Below are positions 50,846 through 62,979 of a DNA stretch of 64,000 nt, in pieces. Within the stretch, counting starts at the first letter, position 1. Each line of letters opens with the position of its first letter. The notes below the pieces were generated by a model, which worked only from the letters and a program-made list of their open reading frames with translations, had not been told where the DNA came from and searched no databases. The DNA lies in contig NW_027192224.1 of assembly GCF_041956535.1 (NCBI RefSeq), positions 122,195-186,194 on the forward strand, given 5' to 3'. A program made the translations under genes and the position numbers. The DNA is from Calcarisporiella thermophila CBS 279.70 (Eukaryota > Fungi > Calcarisporiellomycota).

Positions 50846-52850
50846 CCTTAGTGAGTAGTTGGCATTGGTTAGAGATGACTAAGATATAGATTGGGAATAA
50901 TAGAGATTTTAAAAGGAGATGGCATATAAATGGGGGAGACTTGTAGCAATTTTACAACAGGCCTGGAGAGCAGAGATAGCATGAGCAATAAAATTATGAA
51001 CTAAACGAAAAGAGAGGCTGAATACATCCATCATCAGATAAAAAAGAAACAAAATGGACAGAGGAGCATCATCACCACCCCAGCTGCCACCATCATCATA
51101 ACCGGCTAATCTATCTCCAGACAGCCGCCTTATCTGTGAATCGGAGAAAACTTTACGACTTCCGTATCAAAAAATCGGGAGCGGCTCCTCGCATCTAGCG
51201 TAGAGACCTAGGGCAATAATCACCGTAATCAACCTTGTGTAAAAAAGGGTTCATTCACGGCGCAACTCCATTCCCCAATGGGGACGACTAGCCACTCGAA
51301 GCAGTATGCAGGCGAAAGTAGGCCGCAAACTCTATTGGGAGTCGTAGGGAGGGAACTCAACAGCGCCGTGGGAGAGTTTGTCAACGCCATCTGATTCAGG
51401 AACTTCTAGGGCACAACCATATACGTGAGCGGTGTTCGGAGCAGCCATCGACAGAGAGCGGGGAGAGCGTTTGACTTTACTGCATCCGCAATTCTCCGGC
51501 ATTCTCACTCTATCTGACAAGTCTCCAAACCGATAATTTAGCTTTTCAAGCGGGGGCGAGGGGGTGGGGCAGAGCAGAGTTCGAGTTTCACACTTCAGAT
51601 GAGATTGCTGGCGCCCTCTTCCCATGGTGAGAAAAAAGTCCAGACATAGGAAACTAGATCCGAGCTCCCACTGCTTGAGCTAAATTTGGGCCGAGAGGGA
51701 AAAATCGCTGATAGAGTTTATCGAGGAGTTAGGGTTGGGCTGTGACGAGTTGACCAAGCCTCAGTCGTTTTAGAGTTAATGCTGCGTTGATGCAAGGGGA
51801 AAACAAGCCCTCGAAGATCCGCTGGATCCTCTCCTGCTGGCTGAGCAGAGTTTCGGAACTTCACACACGACCGTGGCTGAGCCTCGCTCTCCTGGCTGAA
51901 TCCTAGGATGGAGGCGTGCTATTGGCGCCCAATTGCCTGATCTCGCGGGGAAAGATGAGATTTGAAACCTTCATTTCCTTGGCCGCGCAGGTGCAGCCAA
52001 ACCTCTTGAAAAAAAATGGCATAGTCCAAGAAGAAGAGGGCATGAAGGTTGACTTTGTACTAGGTTAGAGTTCTCGTCACCCTTTGTTTTTTATTTTCGG
52101 CGAACAATTTTCCAATTTTTTTTTTCACACAGGGAGTCGGGGTTGAATCTTTCTTATTTTGATATTTGACATAATCCAAAGAGGAGGGCGAGATGCAGCC
52201 CCAACCTGCTATCTAATTCCTATAGTCGCCGTTAAAATGGTCGCTCTATGCGGTTTCTCTTGGGCATAGCTTGCGAGCGTGTGCGACGCTCCACTTCCTC
52301 GCTTTCACGAGTTTATTTGGCGGTCGGTTGGCCCGTGTGGACTAGGGCCAAGTTTTGCCACCAAACCTCTTTCAATCGAGGTTCAATCCAGTAAGTTTGA
52401 CTCGCTACCATCCTTCCCAAACCGATATCCTCTCCTCCACCTCCATTGTACTCTGCGCCATCGCTCCGGCTTGTTCATTGTGGAAGCTGCAGATACGGAA
52501 AATACAGGGTTACGTAAATTCATTCGCTTGTCTCTTCCGAGAAATCTGTTGTGCAAAGCGCACTCTTGAACTCTGTCTCTTGTTACAGTCTACTCTAAGT
52601 TTATTTTGTATCACGGATCGGGCACAGGCTTGTATCCTTGTAACGTGATTACATCTTCCCATCTCGCTCTCTCTTCTCCTCCTCTCCTCTCCTCTCTCTT
52701 TCTCCCTCTTTTTTTTCCTGTTTATATATATTCCTCTATTTTTGCCCCAGCTGTTGTTCTCTTTTTCTATTTCATTTCCTTTGTTTCTCATTTAATTGGT
52801 TTTTCTTTTGTTCCGCAACCATCACACTAGGGTGATTTAGGCCAAGGACT

Positions 52851-54130
52851 ATGCAACAGGACACCTCACAATATCGCCCGCATGATCCTGCTTCCCATTT
52901 CCGCATCCAGACAAAAAAGTATACGACCAGTCTAGATCCGCGAGGATATATCCCTGGTAAGTTGTTACCCCTTTCCCTACTGTTCCAGTGCTGGCATTCA
53001 TCTCCAAGCTGTTGTCTCTACATAGTGTACGAGTATGTACTGGATGGACCTGCCGCCTCCACATTAGTAATGTGGGACAGGGAAACGGGACAGGTGCACT
53101 TCACGGGTATATGGAAGGTATATAACCATCAATCTCTATATTATCCTTTGTTATACTGTTCTCATCCCTCCCCCTTTTTTCCACTCCCTTTTTATCAGGC
53201 TCTGGGGAATTCGAAGGGGGATATTGCAAAGGTTATCGATTCCAATCCAGGACTGAATTTCAAAAAAATCCGCGGGGGCTACCTCAAGATCCAGGGAACA
53301 TGGTGAGGGTTGGATGAATTCACTGGCAAGAGTAGCCCTTTTATCTAATGCCTCTCTAAAGGATCCATTATCACGGTGCAAGATTCCTCGCCCTACGCAC
53401 TTGCTATGCAATTCGACACCAGTTGATCCCGCTCTTCGGCCCCACATTCCCTGATGAATGCGTTCACCCCTCGAACCCCGAGTTTGGATGTCTAGTCCTC
53501 CCCGATCTCCTGGTCTCCTCGGCCGTTCTGCCCTCTTCCACACCATCGTTATTTCAGAATACGCATACGTTCGATATAGTTGATAATAATAAGAAATGTA
53601 CCATCCGTGATCCAAGACGCTCCTCTCCAACTTTCCCTCACCGTTACCGCGCATCCCATCCCTACTTGCCTTTCCCCACTACACTAGCAAACCCCACCAA
53701 TATTATCCAGCCATTGCATAGCATGCCCACGATGTCCCCATCAAGAAGCAAGCACTTCTCTCCCAGAGGGATGGAAATGCTGCTGAACAATGAGGATGAG
53801 CGATCCAAACAAAATCCGACAGAAATGCTAAGATCATTCTCAGCTCCTGTGTGCTCACGAGAGTCCAGCGTCTCTTTCTCGTGCAATAGCATGATCTTTC
53901 CGTCGGGGCAGGATATACCCATGATGGGGGAATCCTCTCAGCGTGCCCGTCCGTCCGTGCGATTTGTGCCAGAGAGCATGGAGGGAAATGACCGAAGAGA
54001 TACTATGACATGCTCTTCCTTTTTGGAACAGCTCTCGAGAGAGCAACAGCGGGGCGTGATGGGCCGGCGCGCATCACTTCCACAGAGAATACAATTCGGA
54101 GGAAGAGATTATCGGGTTGTGTTTTTGTAA
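52851..54130 (+). CDS. APSES/KilA-N domain transcription factor (Xbp1-like); 3 introns
   Basis: YTTSLDPRGYIPVYEY, VMWDRETGQVHFTGIWKALG, KKIRGGYLKIQGTW, LIPLFGPTFP. Confidence 0.88.
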
Positions 54131-54647
54131 AATATTTGTTTCTGTTTGATTGTCCTGTTTCTTCTCGTGAATCTTGTTTCCCAGTTATGTTGGTGTTTTT
54201 CTACTGTTATTTTTGTATATAACCTGTAAGGAAAGAACTCCTCCTTGTCTTCTGCTTTTATTTAGTACTTCGTTTTGATAAGTTAATGTTTAATTTTTAT
54301 TCTTTCTTGTTCACATACACACATATATATCTACGCGTATAATATGTGTGTGTTTATTTATTTATATATTTATTTATACGCTTTTGCTTGTTTTCTCTCT
54401 CCCTCCCTCCCTACTTTTTACACTTTTGGCGCGTTTTTCCTTTTTTTCGATACTAATTTAATGCTAATGCTTGAATATCCCTTACATATCTTAATTATCC
54501 ATTCTGGGATACTTTATTTTTCCGACTCGTATTCTAAGAGAATATTCTCATCTCAGTTTCAAAGGAAGATCCGGAAAAAGTAGAAGAAGCAGAAGAAGTG
54601 GGAGAAAACGTAAACTCTACCATATTTTATATGCCATTGCTCACGCC

Positions 54648-57089
54648 ATGCCAGCGCCGGTGACATCCAGCGGTGACCATTCAGCAGAGCCGTCCCCTTC
54701 CATGCTCGCTCCGCCTACTGGCTTATCTCATGCAGCTAGCTCGTCTGCACTGTCTGTAGCCATTCATCACGGCCATCATCAGCATCCACAGATAGAAACG
54801 CTCCAGCAAAAGGAGAATGAAACCTTAAGACGAGCTGCATCGGCGACGCAATTAGGAGGACAACGAAAAAAAAGTGTAAGGGATTTTGAGTTTGGACGGA
54901 CGTTGGGCGAAGGATCTTATTCAACGGTAAGCACATTTCCCTTCTTCTTTAGCCCCTCTTTTGCATTTTTATTGCCCCTTTATTTGGCGGCCGCTTTTTT
55001 AATGCGATGATGTAAAATGAGAGCTGAATTGACATTTTCTCTATCCGATCTGAAATGGCGACTCAGGTCGTAAAGGCGATTGATCGCGAGACAGGTCGTG
55101 AATATGCAATCAAGATCCTTGACAAGCGTCACATATTAAAAGAAAAGAAGGTTAAATATGTCAACATCGAAAAGGAAGCACTCAGTCGATTGCACCATCC
55201 CGGGGTTGTGCAGCTTTACTATACCTTCCAAGACCAGAGCAGTCTATGTAAATTTCGCAATTATTGGTGATGCCGTGGATTGTCCTGACTTTTTTTATCA
55301 TTAGACTTTGTATTAGAGATAGCTAGAAATGGTGAATTGCTGACTCTGATAAAAAAGGTATTCATTTTCATGTGTGCCAGCGGTTTCTTTTTTATATCGC
55401 ATATATTCAACCTTTTTCTCCCGATAACAGCGCAAGACATTCAGCCTGCCACTGGCGCAATTTTACGCTGCGCAAATTCTCTCGGTCATCGAATACATTC
55501 ATTCTAAAGACATACTTCATAGGGATGTTAAACCAGAAAAGTAAGCGATAGAACTGTTCATACAGAATTCATTTTTTTTCCTGGACTTTCAACCTGGACT
55601 TTCAACCTGGACTCTATTTATTAGTGTATTATTAGACGATAAGATGCATATTAAGATGACGGATTTTGGAACTGCAAAGATTTTGACGGAGGGGAGGACG
55701 GAAGAGGTTGTGGCAAATGAAGGTATCCTCCAATAATTTCCTAATTCTAAGCAAATGGGTGGTGTTTGTTAATCGCGTTTCTCCTCTTCACAAGGTGGTA
55801 ATCAAAGGGCAAGGTCTTTTGTTGGAACTGCGGAATATGTCAGCCCAGAGCTTTTGACGGAGAAATCTGCGTGTAAAGCGTAAGTCGTCCATTTTTCCGC
55901 TCCATCTGATGTAAACTTGAGCTTTTCCTATTTTATAGGTCGGATTGGTGGGCGCTTGGCTGTATTATCTACCAGATGTTAGCAGGACGGCCTCCCTTTA
56001 AAGCGCCTAATGAATATCAGACATTTCTTAAAATTACCAATCTTGAATACGATTTCCCAGATGGATTTCCGGATGTAGCTAGGGATCTTGTGCAGAAAAT
56101 TTTGGTAATTGTGTCTCTTCTATGGAAATTCAGAATACCAACCCGTGGTATCCAACCATCATCTCACCGGCCCATTTTCCTTAAATTTTCATAGATCTTG
56201 GACCCTTCACAGCGTCTCGGAAGTATGGAAATGGGCGGTCCGGAAAAGCTAAAAGAGCACCCATTTTTCTCTGGCGTTCACTGGGCAACTCTGTTTCTTG
56301 ACCCAGTGCCGGAGCTCCTGCCCGTTCAAGACGAAGATGATTTGAATGAGGGTACAGAGGAAGCAGAAGAAGGGCTGTTTGCCGATATACCAGTGCATGA
56401 GCCTGACCCGTTCTTACCGCACAGAGGGGCCGCCAGAGGGAAAAAACAGCGCAGCCTATCTCCTACGGGTGCCGGGCGGAGGTTAGAGGGATTGAGTGAG
56501 GAAGAGGAGCTGGAAAAAGGGGGAAGAAGGGGAGAGCTACTCAATGGATATTCGTGTGCGGCAGCCAAGCAAGAGGAGACAGAATGCCGATTAAATGAAA
56601 AGCAAGGTACGGGCGATGGTGAAGGTGAAGAGGCAGAGGGTGATTATTCGTCTGAGAAGGAGGCAGTATCAAAGGAAGCCTGGCGATCCTACCTACTCCC
56701 CAAGGAGCGGGTGGTGCGCACAGGAGTTTTGATCCAGCGCAAATTCTTATTTTCAAAGAAGCGCTTCCTTGTGCTGACAGATCATCCTCGGCTGCTGTGT
56801 CTCGACACAGAGAAGCTCAATAAAAAGGATGAGATTCTGGGAAGCGGAGGAATTATGCCGGAGCTGAAGGGGCGAAAGCATTTTTGTATTCGGGCGGTAA
56901 GTGTTTCTTTACCGATCTTAGTTCTCACACTCTGGGAATCAAGCTCTAACCTTGATTGCGCATGTTATTCTCTGCTTGGGTTAGATGAACAAATCGTACC
57001 GATTTGAGGATCCTCAGGCAAAAGCGGATGAGTGGGTTCATGCCATCAATCGAGTGCTGGTAGATCACAGTGCAAATTGGATTAATTAG
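54648..57089 (+). CDS. PDK1/Pkh1/Ksg1-family kinase with C-terminal PDK1-type PH domain; 8 introns
   Basis: [59 protein letters not shown]; [21 protein letters not shown]; stop at 57087-57089 after the last intron. Confidence 0.94.
55580..55613. repeat. Intronic 13-bp tandem repeat (CCTGGACTTTCAA x2.6)
   Basis: Directly visible within a PDK1 intron. Confidence 0.9.
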
Positions 57090-58143
57090 AGGATTCCAGG
57101 TCGTTAAAGGGAAAAGGTGTAAAAGAAAAGAGCGTATAACTAGAGGCCTTACACACCATCTTCTCATGTTCAACTCTCCTTTTTCTCTTCTTTTTTTTTT
57201 AATTCCATGTATTTTATTTCATAACTATAACATTTACTTTTCTGTTATTCAATGGAACCTTTTTTATGCCGTGTTCTCATACATGTTATAAAAATTTTTA
57301 TATAGATTTTTTTTTAATTTCATGTTTTGATAAAACACCCCCCTTTTCTCTATAGCACGCTTTCTTTTTTTTGAAAACCCTGTTTGTTCATCGTTTTCCT
57401 ATATTATGGCACATTAAACAGCTTAGCTAAAAAACAGTTCCTCGGTCTTGAGTGATTCAAGGACTTTACAGCTATATCTTGCCATTTAACTCGTCAAGAA
57501 TGTAAACTGTTTTTTTTTAGCTAAGTTTTCTCGTGGTCTCTGTAAAGTTGTTCGTATCTGTGGATGAGTATTCGAGGTTTATCTTATTGAACTATTTTCA
57601 AACGTCACCGACTCTCATACACGCATAAACGGTATGCCTTATGATTTACCCACCTGCGTTCCTTGCGGTTAAGCCTGGACAACTAGGCCAGCTCTTACAG
57701 TCTCTCTCATCTGAGGTGATACGCGATCACTTAAGTGACAGCTGCTGGATATAATGATATCTGACACTGTCGACTAGTCTTAATGAGAATAGACTTTGAT
57801 GCTCTTACCTCCGGTAAGCTTACCCCTTCCACCGGCATATTACAACCCTTAATTATCCCGTTTCCAAAAATCCAAGTTCAAGAGTTAAATTGAAAACATA
57901 CAGTGTTTATTGGAATTATTGTATAGAAAAATAAAAAAAAACTACTAAGTGGATAAGACTGAAAGAAATAAACCTTTATCAGTGGAAATCTCCTTACTCT
58001 AAAAACTATATTCAAAGTATCTTTCGAGAGAAATAGAATATATATTACCAATGGACAGATGAACGAAAAAAAAGAAAAGACAGACAAACAGATATAGTTA
58101 TATAAACAGATATAAATTAGCAGTACTGCACAAGCTAAACTAA

Positions 58144-61100
58144 CTAATTACGAAAAGAGAACGGCACAAACATTCGAGTGCCCGTGGTTTTTTGTCCGTC
58201 CCCATCGGTTACGCCCGACACCGCTGATCCGGGTGCCTGTTGCTGCCCATGCTCCCCGCCTCGGAGTAGATCACTCTGAGTCGCGAGGGGACGCGATTTG
58301 AGTGCTGCTGTGAAGCTCGGCTTCAGACTGTGGATCTTTGGAATTTTGCTTGCGGATTTCACTAGCTCCTCCGCCCCTCCTTTCCCTTCCATTTCCGATG
58401 CAGAGCGCTTTACCAGTGAACCCACCTTGGTTTGCAGCATGTTTCCAGTGCCGATGCCCTGGTGATTTGTGGTGTTTGCAATGTTCGAGATATTGGTGCT
58501 GTTAGTGTTGTGTTGTTTGCCACCGGTAGGAGGACGACGCTTGGCGCGGGCAGATTTCGCAGGGGAGGGAGAGGCGAGTGCCCATTTTGGAGTGAGGTGT
58601 TGTTGAGCGAGAAGGGAGGTGCTGATCAGGGGATTGTAGCCTTGATTTTGCGGGGACGTGAACGAGATGTCTTGTTGGGATTGCTCGATGGTGCGTGGAT
58701 CGTCCAAAACGGATGATTTATCCCCCACATCTCCCCTAACCCTAATCAAGTCAATGAGTAAACGCTTTCGAGGCGGACACTTAAAATGGAAAGAAAGAGA
58801 TATCTTACCCTCTAGTGTCGACTTCCATCGCCTCAGTTTGAGTGTATCTTGAGGTGGTGTTCGCGATTTTCTCTAGGTCAATTCCAAAGAAACTTAGAAC
58901 CGAATCGGCCTCCCTGTACGCGCAGTCACGAACGATCTTGGTAATCTTCTCAACTGCAGCGCTCACGGCTTCGAATTGCTCCGAACTTAAGCCGACGCTA
59001 ACCCTCGAAGCATGACTCCCATCTATCTCCACATTTGTTCTGGTGGATGGCGGTGCCTGAGGATCTTTGTGGGCAGCCGCCATCACAGCTTCTACGACGG
59101 CAACCTTGATTGCGTCCAATTGGTCAACGGTTACCGGATTACTAACTGCCTCCAGCTTCGCAGTGATCTCTTTAAGTGAACGCTGGACGGTTCCAAAGTG
59201 TTCCCCGAGCGCAGTGGTGTTATCAATGCTCTGAAGTTGCTTTGAAATTGCGTCTAATTGTTGGGTGATTTCCACGGGTTGGCTTGGTGCATCACTCTGC
59301 TCTGGGCTGATCAATTGTGATTTCGCAACAGACTCCTCAATAAGCGTGCGTAATGCTTGGAGGGGCGCAAGCGCGTCAGCCACAGTTTGCTGAAGTAGCT
59401 CTGTTTGAAGATTAGTCATTTTCGACACCTCTTCGTTATTCAAATCCTCCTCAGCTCCTGTCGTCACTTTCAAAGGGCCATTGTCTTGGTGGGGAAGCTG
59501 TTCCATCAGGCGTTCGAGGGCGTTCTTAATTGCTCCAAGCTGAGTTTGCGCTGCAGTATCAAGGGTGGCGTTCATACGCTCCACGCGTTCACTGAGATCA
59601 TCAATTGCCTCCTCAATTCCACCAAGTTGCTCCGTGGCGGCAGAACGAATGACTGTGCCCATCCGGTCTACTTTGTCGGTCAGGCTCTCGATTACGCTGC
59701 GGAATTTTTCGATCTGTTCTTCGGTTTGGGTCGTCGGTGCGGCGATCTTTGCTTCCGCTTGATCACTATTTTCGTGCACAGAGGCTGGGGTGTTTGATTC
59801 ATCTTGGGCCTGCATTGGCAGTTTCTCTAGGATCTTCTCCAGCCCTTGTTGAATATGCTGGAGGCCAGAAATATCGTGTTGTGACACATTCTGTTCTACT
59901 GCAGCTTTGAGGGAGGATGCCTGCTCAGTTATTGAATTCTTGATCTCCATTAGAAGGTCGATTAATGGTGACTCGTTGGTGGCAGAATGGTTGCTTGAAA
60001 TATACTCGAGTTTCTCAGATATATTTCTCATGGTGGCCCGGAGCTCCTCAAATGCGCTGCTGTTTTCCATTGCTGATTTGAGCGAGATGGCTTGTTCAGC
60101 AAGCGAGTACTTGATTTCAATTAGGTGATCAATGGCCGTGGCCTCGTCGTCACTTGGAGAGGGTGATGATCTTGCAGACGTCAGCTTTTCGGACACCTCC
60201 TTGATAGCCTCTTTCACGGCTTCCATATGCTCTTTTATCTCGGCAGTACTATCAAGAGGCATTGGGCCGACATTTTCATTTGATTCCATTCTAGATTCTT
60301 TCCTCTCCTCCAGCCACTCATGCATCGGAAGGGTAGCATTCATAAGTTTCCCGATATCTTCCCTGATCTCACGCAGGGTCTCATCAAATTTGGAGGCTAG
60401 TTCATTACCTTCCTCATTGCCTCCACCCATTGCACTCATCTCTATTTTCTTTAGTGCCTCGGCCATGGTGCGGATCTGGTCTCGCATGGATCCATCCTCC
60501 TCGGTGTTCTTTGTTGCATTTGCGAGAGCGGCCACTTGGCTCAGGATCGCTGAAGACGAATCACTGAGTGCTTCGCGCATAGAACCAAACCCGTCGTCCA
60601 AGGAAGCTCTCATCTGCTGCATGTGCTCGGCCACTTGCGTGAGCTCTTCGATTTTTTTCTCGAGGCTCTGGAACAAAGGTGCGGCAGACAACTCGGGGAT
60701 CAGGTTGCTTTGCACAGAGTTGGTTACCCCATCAACAATTTCAGATGCAGCAGGAAGAGCAGAGAGTGAGCTGGAAATGGTGGTAAGGGTTTCTTTGAGC
60801 TGGGCAATATCTCCAGAGATGTCGCTCTCTTTTGACACTCCAGCAATATGCGATACCGACTCGTTAAGGGAATCAAGGCGTTTCAATAGCTCGCTGGTGT
60901 CAGTGCTCGTTTCAAGACAAGCTCTAAGTCCGTCTATTGCTTCTAACACTGGCGCGCGATCTGCCGCGCGATCCATAGTTGTGGTGAGATCTTGGTGAAG
61001 ATTGACAAGGTGGTCACGGAGATCGTGCTGTTCTTTCATCAGCTCAGTAGACCGGCTGTCCATAGATTCCATGGTTCTCTCGAGGTTTTGAAGTATAGGA

Positions 61101-62127
61101 AATGTGCTCTCCATAGCAGGCTCTTTGCGTTCGGTTCGGTGACTGGGTGAAAATTTCTCTAGAATGAAATCGTGAAAGGTCAAAATAAAATAAATTTAGT
61201 GCGTGTTTCAGTAAACTAGTTACCCTTGATAAATGTCTGTAACCTAAGGCAAGTGCCTACCGTGCATCCTAAAGCACGGATTGCTTCAAACGATAGATTC
61301 TCAACCATATCCCACGTGTTAACCTGCTCTCTTACAAAGGCCTCGGCGAGTTCGGACGAGAAACCGTGCTCTTTCAACCAGAGAGCGATCTCACTAGAGT
61401 CTAAATCTAGGGATTAATATCTCATTAATATTTCCGAAAATAAGGGATAGGTACCATTTTCTGCATCGTTCTCGATGGTGTTGAACACAGTAGAGGGCTC
61501 CTCGGAATGTTCCTCAGTGTCCTCGTCCATCTCCGCATGCTCGTCATCTTCCACAGTATTCTCATTACTCTCTTCTTCTCTCTCAGGTTCGCTCTCTTTT
61601 TCTTCGGATCCTGCCGATGTACACGGGGTGGAAGCAGCAGTACTTTCCTCAGTACATTCAGCATCTTTCGTTTCTATCGGCGAATCCTCTCCTTTATCTG
61701 TATTTTCCTCCTCGCTCTCGCTTTCTTCTTCGCTTCCGCTGCGATAGCAACATATTAGTAAAAAAGTGCAAATATAAACAATATTTTAAAAATTAGCCAG
61801 TACCTTTCTTCTACAGTTTCTTTCTGCTGTTCAGCAACATATTGTCGGAGGTCTTCTATGATATCCGCATTCTAGAAGATAATACATGACGATAAGGTTG
61901 TGAAAAAAGTAAATTAAGCAGAATTTTCGCGTATATACCTTCTTATTACCACTCTTGATGCCTAGTTGCTATAGATAAGAGGACAGAAGTATAAATGTGT
62001 TACGCGTTTTTGCTCCGATGTGCCCAGGAAAATATACGCTAGAGCATTCGATTCAACCTACCTTACACAATGCCTGTAATTCCGCCCGCTTCAATTTAGG
62101 AAGCTTGTCTAGGTCGATATCAATCAT
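58144..62127 (-). CDS. Orphan protein of about 1192 aa: SAP-like domain, acidic region, SAM-like domain, long coiled coil, basic tail; exons 62127-62062, 61968-61939, 61871-61804, 61738-61455, 61406-61224, 61158-58809, 58741-58144
   Basis: Six canonical GT-AG introns join into one 3579-nt frame. N-terminus LDKLPKLKRAELQALCKQLGIKSGNKKNADIIEDL (SAP-like); exon 5 EIALWLKEHGFSSELAEAFVREQV...LSFEAIRALGCTVGTCLRLQTFI (SAM-like). Confidence 0.8.
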
Positions 62128-62342
62128 TGTTGCGATTTAATTCAGCATGAGTTGTAGAGAGTAGTTTTGATTGATTTGAGTTGCAGCTGAAATAAACGAT
62201 TGCGTATATAGTAATGGAAATGGAGAGTAAATAAGAAAAGGCCAAAGGTAGCAGAGAAAATGACCTTATAGTTAGTGGAGGTATTATCGAGTACAAACAG
62301 ATATGTGTATATGAAACAAAATGGAATCAAAGTAGGAAAGAA

Positions 62343-62398
62343 ACGCGTTGGCAATTTTTGGCCTCTAAAGAATCAATGGAATGCACGGCGAGACGCGT
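62343..62398. promoter_or_regulatory. Two MCB (ACGCGT) boxes upstream of the SAP-SAM coiled-coil gene; a third lies in intron 1 at 62002-62007
   Basis: ACGCGT at 62343-62348 and 62393-62398 in an AT-rich promoter. Confidence 0.5.
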
Positions 62399-62979
62399 TT
62401 GCATTTTTTAATTTTTTACATCAATAAAAATCGATGTTTAAGGTTAAGAGCTCCTATTGAAATGAAACAAGTCCTTAACGAGGAGCCAATGAAACAGACC
62501 GCATACATACTCGCATTTGAATAGGGAAGTTGGTAAAGAAAATCCGGTACTAGACTATGAGAGCCGCAAGCCAGACGTCTCTCCATCCAATCGTTCCAAT
62601 TGACTATGTATCCCTTATCATCACTTATACTGTAGTGAAGAGGTTTTTGTTCCTTTAAATTTTCTTTGTATTATTCGCAGCGGCTACCGTCAATCCTTTG
62701 AAGGAGAAAACGTCCGTAAATTGAGTGTTGTAAACATGACGATGCATAGTTGTTGAAAATGCGTACCTCTCCAAAGATCAAACCCAGGATTCACATCCAC
62801 TAGAGATGGAATTGCCGCAGAATATTCCCTTCATTTATAAAAAAAAGTATTTAGGAGCAGCATTTCTACGCATTTATTAGTTAGGAGCCAGCTCTGAATA
62901 TTTTAAGATTAATTGACTGAAACAAACGCAAAGTGAAAAATATTAGATGAAAGCCAAACAACTCTCGAGATACCACAAA

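Noticed and set aside
51034-51098. Minus-strand RTGATGA...CTGA box C/D snoRNA-like pattern
   Set aside because: The guide region is low-complexity T-rich with no evident rRNA complementarity or terminal stem.
57620-57840. Specific assignment as group I intron, TPP riboswitch or OMEGA/Fanzor RNA
   Set aside because: Only short word matches; the required core pairings and motif order could not be established, and no associated nuclease ORF is present.
60132-60998. 288-aa plus-strand Ser-rich ORF
   Set aside because: Antisense mirror of the Glu/Lys-rich coiled-coil exon.
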